Of a DNA stretch of 35,308 bases, positions 23,601 to 34,799 are shown in pieces. Within the stretch, counting starts at the first letter, position 1, and every line of letters starts with the position of its first letter. Position numbers and translations under genes: made by a program. The stretch is from Folioceros fuciformis (lineage: Eukaryota), in NCBI GenBank assembly GCA_049999805.1, contig JBNGIO010006224.1, positions 62,001 through 97,308 of the forward strand, given 5' to 3'. The notes under the pieces are model-generated. The model ran no database searches and was not told where the DNA came from. It saw nothing but the letters and a program-made list of their open reading frames with translations.

Positions 23601-25403
23601 CTGGCACCTGCAGTGGTTGCTCAGGCCCTTTGTGATCTCAAAGGGTCCAGTCCAGGCTCAGGTGTATTTTCTCCCAAAGGGCTGCGTACTCCTCGTATGA
23701 ATAACCCTGCATGGACTCAAGGGAGCTGGGGTGGGGGACCACCAGTGAATCATCGGAAGCGGAAGGAGCCGGGATCTTTTCCTGGTGATCACCAGGTCCA
23801 TGGTACCGGTGATACAGTTTTTTCCATTTCTGAAGGGGTTGATCCTGTCTCTGTGCAAGTTGCTGCTCTTCAGGCTATGGAGGCCCTTCTAACTTCTGTA
23901 AGTCACTGGTGCACGGTTGTAGGTTCAAGTATATAGGGTACNNNNNNNNNNNNNNNNNNNNNNNNNNNNNNNNNNNNNNNNNNNNNNNNNNNNNNNNNNN
24001 NNNNNNNNNNNNNNNNNNNNNNNNNNNNNNNNNNNNNNNNNGGTTGACGCTGTCCTTGCAAACGTAGCTGTGAGCGCATCGGTTAGCTCCATGTCTCTTG
24101 CTGTTGATGAGGAATTGATGGCCATAGAAGGAGTCACGTCAGGACGTTCAGTTGCTTTTCAAGTTGCTGCATACCGTGCACTATTAGCCTCCCTATTGTC
24201 ACCATGCTGCCATCGACCTCCTCACTTGGCACAGGGACTGGCGATCTTCCGCAAAGGTAATGGGTGTGCATTTGTCATGTTATTTCTCAGTCAGCATCTG
24301 GCTCGGGACGAAATCACGATCTTCCACAGGTAGTTTCTAAGCCATGCCTCTGAATTTTTCCCGTTTGTGATGTGCTTGCAGGTCGGCAAGAAGCTGATAC
24401 AGAGGTGGCTGAAGTATGTGCCCATGCTCTCCTCTCCCTGGAGCCACTCATTCACCCTCGCTGCCTACCTCCTGCAGGCACACCTGCAGCTGTTGTAGCG
24501 GGGATGGCCACTGGTAGGGCCACTGCTGGTGGGTCTCTGATTTCAATGCAAAGACCTGGCAGAGCGTCCGTAGCTGCAGGGTCTTCTGTTGCCGCTGTTT
24601 CTGGTGCTGCTGCTCTTTTGGGTTTTCCAGTTACTGTTGTGCCCCCTGCTCTGAAGATAGGCCAGCTAGCAATGGATCCCTGGGCTGAAGTTGATACTTG
24701 GTTAGGCTATGGGGAGGAGTTTGGAGAGGAGGAAAATCTCTTCTATGAAACTGATGTTATGCTTGAGGATGACTTTAATGAAGGTCTTGCTGGTGCAGTT
24801 GGGACTCCTGTCGGTGCCTTCTATGGGACAGATCCACAGAATGCACAACCAAGTGGTGTTTCCAAACTAGTGGGGAGAGCAGATGAAGCGGTGCATTCAA
24901 GGGTAGATAGTGGCTTGGTAGGCTTGGAGGACAGGCAACTCCTCATACCCTCTACGGGTGAGGAACTCTACAAATGTCAGCAGGAAGCAGAGGCCCGTGA
25001 AATGGATGTGAGCCCTGGTCTGCAGGAACAGATGGAGGGCACGTACGTAGAACAAAAGCCACTAGCTAACGGTATGGTGTCTCCGGCTGTTGCTGGGCTG
25101 CCTGATGCAAACGATGCAGAGAAGGGAGACGTGTTCCATTCCTCAAACGTACAGGTGGATAGTGTTGACAGACATCCTCCGGAGTCGGGTTCCCTGGGCA
25201 GCAACACCAGGGATGAACATGTAGTTGCTGGGATGCCTACCACTGATTCAGAAGTCTTGTGTGAGCAAAACAGGCAAAGTAGCGTAGTCGGCGTTTCGTT
25301 GTCGGTGCTGACCCCAGCATCTACAACTGTGTTTCCAGGGCCTGATTCTGACACGGACGGCCCTTTGCCAGACATAGTCGATGCAGACCCCGACTCAGAT
25401 TAA
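20686..25403 (+). CDS. PELP1: PELP1/RIX1-like pre-rRNA processing protein
   Basis: Exons: 20686 (or 20665)-20964, 21157-21273, 21456-21520, 21620-21734, 21971-22042, 22192-22251, 22397-22526, 22662-22846, 22946-23136, 23310-23440, 23587-23897, (N gap)-24256 and 24382-25403. Visible junctions are GT-AG and in frame. Plant PELP1 motifs: DSRLKPWLLHSIMATHLPDDK, SRWAGICLLGVTCQECS, LLPRAHGDASSWSSLM, SELPTLHLSALDLL, AALQAMEALLT, CAHALLSLEPLIHPR and the C-terminal DGPLPDIVDADPDSD. Confidence 0.88.
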
Positions 25404-26059
25404 GCTTCTTATAATAAGTGAGTTGGCAATCTGGGAAATGTTCCGGTTGGAAAGAATTTCATGAATATAACCAGCAATTCATAAACTAGCAATGGATGGA
25501 AGGTGACTGGTAAACAACTATGGAAATCATTACCCTATGGACGCGTAGGTACCCATGGTAGTTAGCTGCTGATAACTGTTGGGTGATTGGTAAGCTGTGG
25601 AATCTTGATAACACTTTACTAATACGTTTTTCTGGAAGTTGAGGCAGCACAAGAGTTATCTCCTTCTACCATTTCTTTTGCAGTTCATTTGCTTTATATT
25701 TGGGTTTAAGTTCTTGTGTCTTCTACTAAAAAAAATATGGTATTTATTGGATTTTGTTTTCTTTTTTTGTAGTTTGAATTGGGTCTGAAGTCAAACCTCA
25801 ATTCATTATAGTTATTTTAATCTCTATAACAAATATGTGAGATCTTATCAAATGTACTAATGTATCTCAAAGAAAATTTTGGTTTAGAAATTAATTTTTA
25901 AAAATATGGAAAAAAAATGAAATCAACTAAAATCCCTCACAACAAAAGGTTAGAGAATAGAGAGGTTGAATAATGAATTATTTCAGAAATATAATGAATA
26001 AAATTTACAGTTCAAAATAATTTTGAGTACAACATATAATGTACACCATTTAGTGTACA

Positions 26060-26450
26060 TAGACATGGATGGTAGTCAAGTTGGTGGATGGCATCTTTCT
26101 TATGGATAAAACTAGAGAAGTTAAGCAAGGAAGCACATGCTAAGGAAGATTAGTGACCATGTTGTTGTAGATACATGGTTGTAGGTCAATAAGGTGGTGG
26201 ATGGCATCCATATCTTTCATATGGATTTAACTATACAAGTTAGTCAAGGAAGCACATGCTATGGAAGATTACTATANNNNNNNNNNAAGATTACTATACA
26301 AGTTAGTCAAGGAAGCACATGCTATGGAAGATTTGCTACCCTACCATCATGTTGTTATAGGTTACTCGATTCAACTATACAAGTTAGTTAAAGGAGTACA
26401 TGCTATGGAAGATTTGCTACCCTACCATCATGATGTTGTAGGTTACTTGT
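26060..26450. repeat. Imperfect tandem repeats with core actatacaagttagtcaaggaagcacatgctatggaagatt (4 copies)
   Basis: The core occurs at about 26111, 26230, 26293 and 26374. A 10-N gap at 26277-26286 lies inside the array. Confidence 0.85.
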
Positions 26451-26802
26451 CAAGGCAACATTTCCCATAGTTGTTGTTCTTAGTGGCAATGTTTCCTAGA
26501 GTTCTTGTAGATAGCATGTCGAGGCAATGTTGCAAACCTTGTCATTGTTGTAGAAACGCTAGAGCACTCCCAACTTATAGGATGTGGAGTCAATGTTCCA
26601 TAGAGTGATTCTTAATTTCTAAATAATGCCATCATTTAGGATTCTTTGCAAGTAATGTACGAACATGTCTGTTGTTGTGTGTAGGAGGATGGTAAGGGCA
26701 TCAACATGCCTTTGCGCTCTTTGTGGACTACTAACCTCTAGCTTATGAATTCATCTTATACTCTTTCTACAATGCCCACACTCAATAGCATTTATTCTAG
26801 CT

Positions 26803-26898
26803 AATGTACTCATCTCACCAGCAAAAGTGATGCAAATGTACTCATCTCACTAGCAAAAGTGACGCAAATGTACTCATCTCACTAGCAAAAGTGATGCA
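26803..26898. repeat. 32-bp tandem repeat, 3 copies
   Basis: aatgtactcatctcactagcaaaagtgatgca occurs three times with minor variants. Confidence 0.92.
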
Positions 26899-27419
26899 GC
26901 TTCTACACTTAATAGCACTACCAAGTTTCACAATAAGCATGTTCCCAGGCCCATAAGAATGGTCTTTTATGTGGATCATTTCAATAGGCCTTTATGGTCA
27001 AAGTCTTCAACCCTAGAAGATCCTAAAGTAGCAAATTATAGCCTATGGATTGTTTTGAAAACATAGTGAATTATGCCCAATAGATTGTTTTGGAAAACTA
27101 AAAGCTCTTTGCAAAGGGGTTGTATATTTCAACCTGGGTGTCATTTTAACCAACTATTAATTTGATCCTCACAACTGCCTAGCTTTGCTCTTTGTTGGCT
27201 ATCTAGACCCAAGCTACTCTAAAGATATAGAGATAAAAAGATTAATATAAAGATAAAAATATAAGTGTGCATCTATATGTGTAATATAAATGTGTGATCT
27301 CTATTGGCTTTAAGCTAATTAAAGTTCTTATCCTCTTGGCAAATTTAAGTAAAAATAGCAATAAACAAATTATTCTACTAATGGCTTGACCTCTAGATAA
27401 CCAATGGACATCATGAATT

Positions 27420-30246
27420 ATGTTTCCGACGATGCAGATAGAGGAGATCAACTTGAAGATGAGGAAGGACATGGAAGAGTCTGACAAACCAGAACAAGCT
27501 CACATCGAAGAGGAAGACAATGACAATGTCTTCCAAGAAATGATCAGCGAAGGCGGAACAAAGCGGTCATCCAATATCTTGAATAACACGACTGCTAAGA
27601 ACTTGCTCTAGACACTAGATGTCTTGGGAAAAAAGTCGATCATAGCCCAGGAAGTAGTGCTATTGAGTGAAATTGGAGTGGCATTAGGAGATGATGATGC
27701 TCTGCAAGTAATAGTCGCGGATTCGCTGCCACGGTGAAAGAACAAAGAAAAGATCAAGGTAGGAGGGAAGAAGAAGATTGGGATTGCAGAAGAAGATGCT
27801 CCGACTGGCAGAGTGATTATGAAGGCAGTCCTCACAGATACCGACAGGCTTGGAAGGGCATTACACCATAATGATCCTATCAACATAGTCTGAGAATCAG
27901 CTCATCGCAAACGGTGTATTCCACACATGGATATGGTCACCATCAACATGCCTTGATCAGCAGACTACGTGACCAAAGATGCTCAGACATGTCGTCTTGA
28001 TGAGTCGCAAGGAAAACATCTGCTCCGGGAGATAAAAAAAAAGGGCATGTTCAGGAAGGTGTATTGCCTTTACTATGCATGATTGACCCAAAAGAGTGTG
28101 CATCGGTCACTGACTTTGAGCACGAGAAATTGAAGAAGCAAAAGTATACAATGGGAGTCCTCGATGGTAACCATAGCTTCTACGCAATCCAACGACTATC
28201 CGCAAAGGATCTGGAGAACTCTCACTATCAATACATGGAGGGGCACATATATGCAGGCCTAACACAATAGGAAATGCGGTGCCTTGCGACAGACCACAAC
28301 GTGAAGGTAGACTTACAGAAGAAAATGTTCTTCATTGAGCAAGTCCGGTACATTCATGATGAGTTGAAAATTGCTAATGACCAAGGAACGATTGTTACAA
28401 TGATGTGGAAGTATAATTTGTACCGAATGCTTGGAGTAATTGGGAACACAAGTGACAGGGATGAGAAGCAACGTCTTGTGGATCAGAAGACAGGGAACCT
28501 GAGTAAGGGAACAGGAAGAAGGCCAGCAAACGAGGCAAATTGCATAGAGGGAATGCTGACGCAAAGCCTGCTGTTCAAGACCCAAGCCTAATTATAAAAT
28601 TGATTTGCAATTGCATGGAGGGTTTTCCAAGGGATGCCGCCCGAGGAAGCTAGAGACCGGATTATGATGTGTGCACTGGAGAAAGTCGCCCAAGGCGAAC
28701 TGACAGTTAGTGGCATGAAGACATGGATTACGAAAGCCAAGAAGTTGAATATCATACAAATGGCTTTTTGTTCTGGTTTGCACTACGCCTCATTTGCGGA
28801 AGTCAAGTTGGAATACCCAAAACACTCGAGCCCAAAAGACAACGAAATTCCAGTCAGTATTCGACCATGTTGTAAGTTATCTTACTAGAAGTGACTGTTG
28901 TGTCTTCACAATCTATTCATAGGCCTCACCACTCATGTTTCTGTGTCTAGATGCTCAGACAGGCCGAAGAGTACAAGGAGAAGGTCATTCCTGATAGATT
29001 TAAAGAACACATAAATGCAACATGGAATTGGAAGTGAGTCGAAGACCTACAGCGGGAGCCAACAGAAAAGGACAATGGCGCAAAGCTGTCAACGTTCCAA
29101 GTCCCAAACAACAAACAAAAGGTAAAGTACCACGTGCTTACGGGTGATTTGCGAGAGATAGTAGGCTACCTCGGCAAGCGTGAGTACAAGCTTCTTATAC
29201 TTGATTTGCCAAGAGGAAACTATGTAGAACCATGGGATAAGGAGTTATTAATTCCTCAGCACTTACTAAGTGCTGAGGACATGGAAAAGATCATGGAAGG
29301 GTTTTTCAAAGTGACTGATTGTCAAACTTTCTGAGTAGTTTGCACGCATGGTCCAAACCAAATGAGTGGGATTCGCAAAGGCTTGCAAAAATGGCATGGA
29401 AAGGGAGGCATCTACACCATTGTTTGGGAAAAAGACAACGTCGTTGTTGAAGAAGGGCTATATGAGAACTATGAGTTCATGATAGTTGGATATGGGGTGC
29501 ATCCAATGAACGAAGATATTCGAGGAAGCAGCGCCCTTAGCAACAGTGTGCAAAGGAGATTGGAGCTATAGATGCTGGGAATCATCAAGCATATCGCTGT
29601 TGTCAAAAAGTTGTTGAATGTATCCAACGAGAGATGGGTAGTCAATTCGTATCAAAAGCCACTGTGATTAATGGTGCTTCTGTATGGCCTATTTAGTGAT
29701 CGAGGTGCATGGATTACAGATGGATGCTCAGGCAGCGGCAGTGGGGTTCTAGTAGCTCTCCTAGAGGGGCGTAATTGTATTGCCATCGACCAGGAGCAAC
29801 GCCATACCATTTTCATCGAGCAAAGAATAACGGGCCATGATGTATTCCCGTCCGACGAGGAAGAGTTGATGACGAAGCCCCATAGCCGAGAACATTTGCT
29901 GTTCTTTGCTCGAGAAGTTGTGAGTGGGAGGTCTGTTAAGGCGAGAGCGAAGACTTTGCAAATGGTTCATGGGAAAACTTCCCCTATGGATTTGCTAGAA
30001 CTTAGTCAAACTCAAGGCCCTGCAAAAAAGAAAGTGAAGGGGAAAGGGAAAGAAAGCTCCAACCGGGAAGACCTTGAAAGTGAAAAGGACAAGGAGTGCC
30101 ACTGCGAAGATGAAACATGGGACAAAGATCATCTTGAAACATTCTCTCGCGTGGCTTCACTGAGTCCAGCTATCGACGGAACTGAACCCAAATCTAGTAA
30201 GCAACGACCAAGAGACAAGGGGCGACATTATTGTCCCCATGACTGA
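27420..30246 (+). pseudogene. ParB/Srx-like domain fused to a beta-class (N6_N4_Mtase-type) DNA amino-methyltransferase; intron-containing and decayed
   Basis: One frame is recovered by reading through about 12 stops, one frameshift in the A-run at 28034-28042, and an intron 28853-28950 (CCA|gtcagt...tctag|ATG). ParB-like: HLLREIKKKGHVQEGVLPLLC...YTMGVLDGNHSFYAIQRL (DGNH at 28163). MTase: KYHVLTGDLREIV..LGKREYKLLILDLPRG (motif IV-like, 29203), TIVWEK, ENYEFMIVG, NSYQKPL*LMVLLYGLFSDRGAWITDGCSGSGSGVLVALLEGRNCIAIDQE (motif I at 29719). Confidence 0.75.
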
Positions 30247-30529
30247 AAGACTAGATTCTCCGCAATTTGTAGGATAAGACCTTTGGTTAGACAAGCTGCA
30301 CACTTGTATGTAGGCTGGCGCACACTTGTGCGCGTCTACATTTTGTTCAGCAAACCCTAAATAGCTTAATTGGAAAATGATGTTTCAAGCGTGCCTATCA
30401 TGTGCGTCCATTTTTTGTAGAAAAATGAAGTGTTCAAATTCCATTGCAAAAGCCGTAGGTCCCCTCCACTGCTTCACCGTACTTGTAGGCCTTATTTTGA
30501 GCCACGTAGGAGCGCATATGATTGAATAC

Positions 30530-31660
30530 TAAGACACAAAAAGGGTTTGAGGACATACCCGATTTGATTCAAACGCAGTTATATGATGAGAAGGAATGAA
30601 AGCGAGGAGGTTTGATTGTGGGCAGAGTGAAGGACCATTTTGGCAAATTCAGTATACCTAGAGGAACCCATGGCATGGCAATGAGCACTGAACCTAGGAC
30701 ATGTGTAATGTAAGCCACTGCAACCTCTGTTAATGGCGTAAGCAACGTTGTGTACGCGCTCGTAGACTGAGGCCCGAAGTTCGAGATTGAATTGTGAATC
30801 TGGAATAGGATCATATTGATAGGTGTCTGGAATTGCAAATCCTTCATGCGCACTGCGCGTGTGCCTTGGCATGCTACAGAACCCTAAAATTCTCAAACAA
30901 GGGTGAACAATTGCAAACAAAGTCTTAAGCAAGTGCAGACCAATACCCGTTCCTCCGCTGCACTTCTGATGTTACTATGGAAGGAAGGTGCAGAGGGCGC
31001 ACCCTCACCCTAAACCATCCGTCCCTCCTGTAGGGATGGAAAGAATACCATAGTAGATGCTGTAAGTGCCACCCTCCGCTATGGAAGAATGACGATCTAA
31101 TGAAGTGTGAAAGAATCGCAGACTGAAGTGGCACAAAAAATAGAGGACGAAGCTTGTGCATGTAGAAACATTATGAATGGAGAAGAAAGAAAGTACAAAA
31201 CCAAAGAAGATTCTTTTGGGTTCTTCATTAGTCCATTGAAGTGACAATGATAGAAGAAAAAAAACTTTGTACCCTATGGCAGCTGGGTATTAAGTGTAGG
31301 GAGGTAGAAATTGGTAGGGGGAGAATTAGCATCCTAGTAAGTGAGAGAATGGTGCCCCCAAGTGTCTGAACGTGTTTTAGGATTGGTAGGTATGTGATTG
31401 AGAGTGTTGATTGTCGTAGGTGAACAATAGGCATAGTTAGGGTAGTTGACCACTAGGCTTTGGAGAGCGATTCCGGGGAAACCCTACAATTACCATGGGA
31501 TACATGTGACCATGATACTTGTAAGTGGTGTCTAGTAGGGGTACCATACCTTGCTGACAATGGTTCTTGGGATGTCGTTGCGAATTGCCTACGTTGAGTA
31601 TCACTGGCATTGCTATTCCGTGCTTTGGCACTTTCTGCTTTCTCTGCCATTTTTGTCATG
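30530..31660 (-). pseudogene. Decayed ORF with a GNAT acetyl-CoA-binding motif A-like segment
   Basis: Removing one base from the minus-strand GGG at ~30946-30948 joins two ORF-track fragments into LHLPSIVTSEVQRRNGIGLHLLKTLFAIV, which fits the Q/RxxGxG motif. Confidence 0.3.
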
Positions 31661-31824
31661 ACCAGCCTAACAATGATTTCCTTATGGATAAAAGAGAGCT
31701 CTTACATACGTTTGCAGAACAATGACTTCTATTGATTAGCAATTGAACAGCCAGAACAGAAGACGTAGTAATAAAAGAAGTGCGCAGGCTATCCTAAGGC
31801 TTCGATGATCCCAATGAAACTCAG

Positions 31825-32140
31825 TGTGCCCAAGTGCTCGTCGAGAGTCCCTGAGAGTCCCGGCATGTCCAAGCGCGCAAGGGGTTTCCCTGGGAGTCCC
31901 TGTGCGCCCAAGTGCGCACCAGAAGTCCCTGAGAGTCCCAGCGCGTCCAAGTGCGCATCGGGAGTCCCTGGGAGTCCCCGTGCACCCTAGTGCGTGCCCG
32001 GGAGTCCCTGGTAGGCCCTACCCACCCAAGTCCGCGCAGGGAGCCTCTGGGAGGCCTAGTGAGCCCAAGTGCGCGCCAGGGACTCCCAGTGCGCTAAGTG
32101 CGTGCCAAGGTGTCCTTGGGAGTCCCGCCCGGCCCAAGGA
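31825..32140. repeat. 39-bp GC-rich minisatellite, about 8-9 copies
   Basis: Unit caagtgcgcaccagaagtccctgagagtcccagcgcgtc recurs at about 31831, 31870, 31909, 31948, 31987, 32027 and 32066, then degenerates. Confidence 0.9.
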
Positions 32141-32149
32141 TACATCCAA

Positions 32150-33030
32150 ATGTTCTTGGGCCTCATGGATGCCTTCCCAATGAACAGCAGGGCCTAATTC
32201 GATATAAAAAAGAGCAAGCAAACTTGAACGAGAGTAGGACTGACCTTGTCTGCTGCTATAGCGCTTTCCAAGCCGCTGCGCAAATAAGATGTATTGCACT
32301 GTCGCGCAATGAACTTGTTGGCCGATAATATCAGAAACATGTGGACATTCGAGTTCCGCATAAAAAAATTTTGTTTAATGAGACAGATTAGCATCTTCAT
32401 CCAGACTTATTGCCAAACTTTGAACTTCCATACTCATAGAATATATCCGACCATAGTCTTCTGGGTTCGTGAGGCATCCAGGTACCCGGTCACCCACAAA
32501 ACCGGAATGGGATCAAAGTTGAGCATTGTGTAGTCAATCCCCTCCTCATGCACACACCATTCTTTGTCGAGAAGCGCATGTTCTGGCAAATTAGCATATA
32601 TGTCTTGGAGTGCTTCCCTCTCTCAGGTTGTGAATGGATTCTCCAAATCTAGTCCCACAACCACACCTAGGTCGTCCAGGACCACTGCTTATGGCTCCAA
32701 ATCCAAGGCAAATCTGCCTGTGATTCCTCATTTCCTGGTATCATTTCATGTACGAATTGCAGATAGTCTCTTGCGAGACCCTTCACGACTCGATGTGGAT
32801 GTCCTTTACGCTACATCAGTATCCATGGAAGCACCTTTAGGGTTGGACTTGCCCACCCCGCTTTCCTGCCTTTTTGAAGCTTCCCCTACTGACTTCCTTT
32901 TCCCCGAAGTTTTCTCCTCTCCTCGTCCATTAATTCTATTTCTCTTCAAAGTGGAAGGAGCATGGCGTGCTTCATCGAAGCTAGCATGTTTTGCCCGGAC
33001 TTGACGTGTTGGCTGAGACATATATGTTAT
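32150..33030 (-). pseudogene. Decayed ORF of unknown type with a basic, NLS-like N-terminus
   Basis: MSQPTRQVRAK...KTSGKRKSVGEASKRQ continues through several stops into GRFALDLEP*AVVLDDLGVVVGLDLENPF..EALQDIYANLPEHALLDKEW. No family recognised. Confidence 0.3.
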
Positions 33031-34799
33031 GGCAATATCACAAGCTAAGATTGTGCCCAACCCATATTGTCTTGTCATTTTCCACACAAGAAACATGGTT
33101 ACAGAGGCAATTGCAACTTGGGTTCAAACTTGCTATTTTGGAAGCTCTTACTTTGGTCAATAATATCCAGCAGAAGGAGGGTCCAATATGCAAATCAAAC
33201 GTTCCGCAATTAGCAAGACTGTTTGTGCACATGACTACTACACAATGGCCTCCCTAAAAATCCAGAACAAGCACAGTGATCAGCACCAAATCACATCTAT
33301 AGCAATTGGGCTATGCAAGCCCTATTAGCACCAGCAGAATGGAAAACGAGTTCCTGGTTTGCTTATATGGATTAGAAGCAAGCACAAATATGGATGGNNN
33401 NNNNNNNNNNNNNNNNNNNNNNNNNNNNNNNNNNNNNNNNNNNNNNNNNNNNNNNNNNNNNNNNNNNNNNNNNNNNNNNNNNNNNNNNNNNNNNNNNAGC
33501 AACGGAACCCTACCAAATTTTCGGAGTCGGCAACCTTTGCTGACTCCGAAAACCAAACCGTTTCAGCGGTGGTTTGGTACAAAGGAGTTGTTGAAGCGCT
33601 GATTGTTGCTGGTCCTCTTTGGTCTTGGAGCCCTCACCTTTGGAATGGAAGGAATCCTTCCCTGTAGAGAGAGAGGAAGATTCTTGTCCCGGGGTTCGCT
33701 GGCTGCTGGTGGAGGCGCCCACGAAGCTCGCCGACTTCTTGCAGGATTGCAACGGATTATCACTCAGCAACAATCATTGGAGCCAGGGGGAAGAGATTCT
33801 TGGCCTGGACAAACCTGGATTGTTCTTTATTCACAGTCTTCAATCGTTATATGTCAAGGCAGCCATGCCGCACACCAGCTTCCTAGAGGATCGCATATGG
33901 GGAAGACAAATATCCAATCATTGTAGGAAGTGGTAGAGGTGATGTGCGCGCACAAACTTGGATGCTTCGACTGGGTAGCAATTTGTCATGCTCTTCATCA
34001 AACAGGCAAAACGCATCGTGAAGGAGACAAGCAACAAAGGTTGGCCATCCACACTTGCACATTAGGGTTTGTGACCTGCCCGGGGTTGTCCTATGAAGTA
34101 AACCATTTCTTTCTAACTACGGTTAGCCTAACCCAAGGTTAAGTATCCTAATTGTAGTTAGATGTGGGTTGTCAGCATTTTTTGCATATTACAAATGTTC
34201 GGTCAGTGTTAATTAATGACAGTTGTTCCAAATATTGCTAAATATAATCAAGCTGCTTATTTCGAAAGCTCCCGTTTCAAGGTGTTCGTCACCCAAGCAC
34301 ACTCTTCGCAATGGCTTTCCAATTTTCTTGCAATTGGTTTACAGCGCATCCTCTAGAGCAAAGACAAGAGGCGTTTGCGGCATCGTGACAAGGATCCTTG
34401 TCGCATCCACAAGATGCGGCTTAGACAAGAAGGCCTAGACGATCGGACCAATGAGATTTGCAAGGACCACGGTGGATGGGAGGTGGTTGAGAGGTATTGG
34501 CATAGTTGAAGGCGGATTGCGGAAGAGTGTCATGAACACCAGAACATCGCGCCTACAGAAAAGCGACCACAATCGATACTACACCATATTGTGCAGCTGA
34601 TAGATCATTCACTTAGCTCGAGAAATGGCGTTGTGATGCACCTGACAGTGAGGAGTTGACGTCCTCTAGTGGAGACACCAAAGACACCAAACAACAATGT
34701 CAACAAACATTATTCGGCAATTCGGAGACCGATGTGCTAGTGCCATGGACTTAATGACATGAAGGGGATGCGGAGGCGGAAAAGAATCCACCTACAAAG

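Noticed and set aside
27420-30246. Bacterial contamination as the source of the ParB-MTase
   Set aside because: It carries a spliceosomal-type intron and many stops and sits among eukaryotic-style repeats. Nearby N gaps mean contiguity with PELP1 still needs long-read confirmation.
31825-32140. CRISPR-like array
   Set aside because: Head-to-tail degenerate 39-bp units without spacers.
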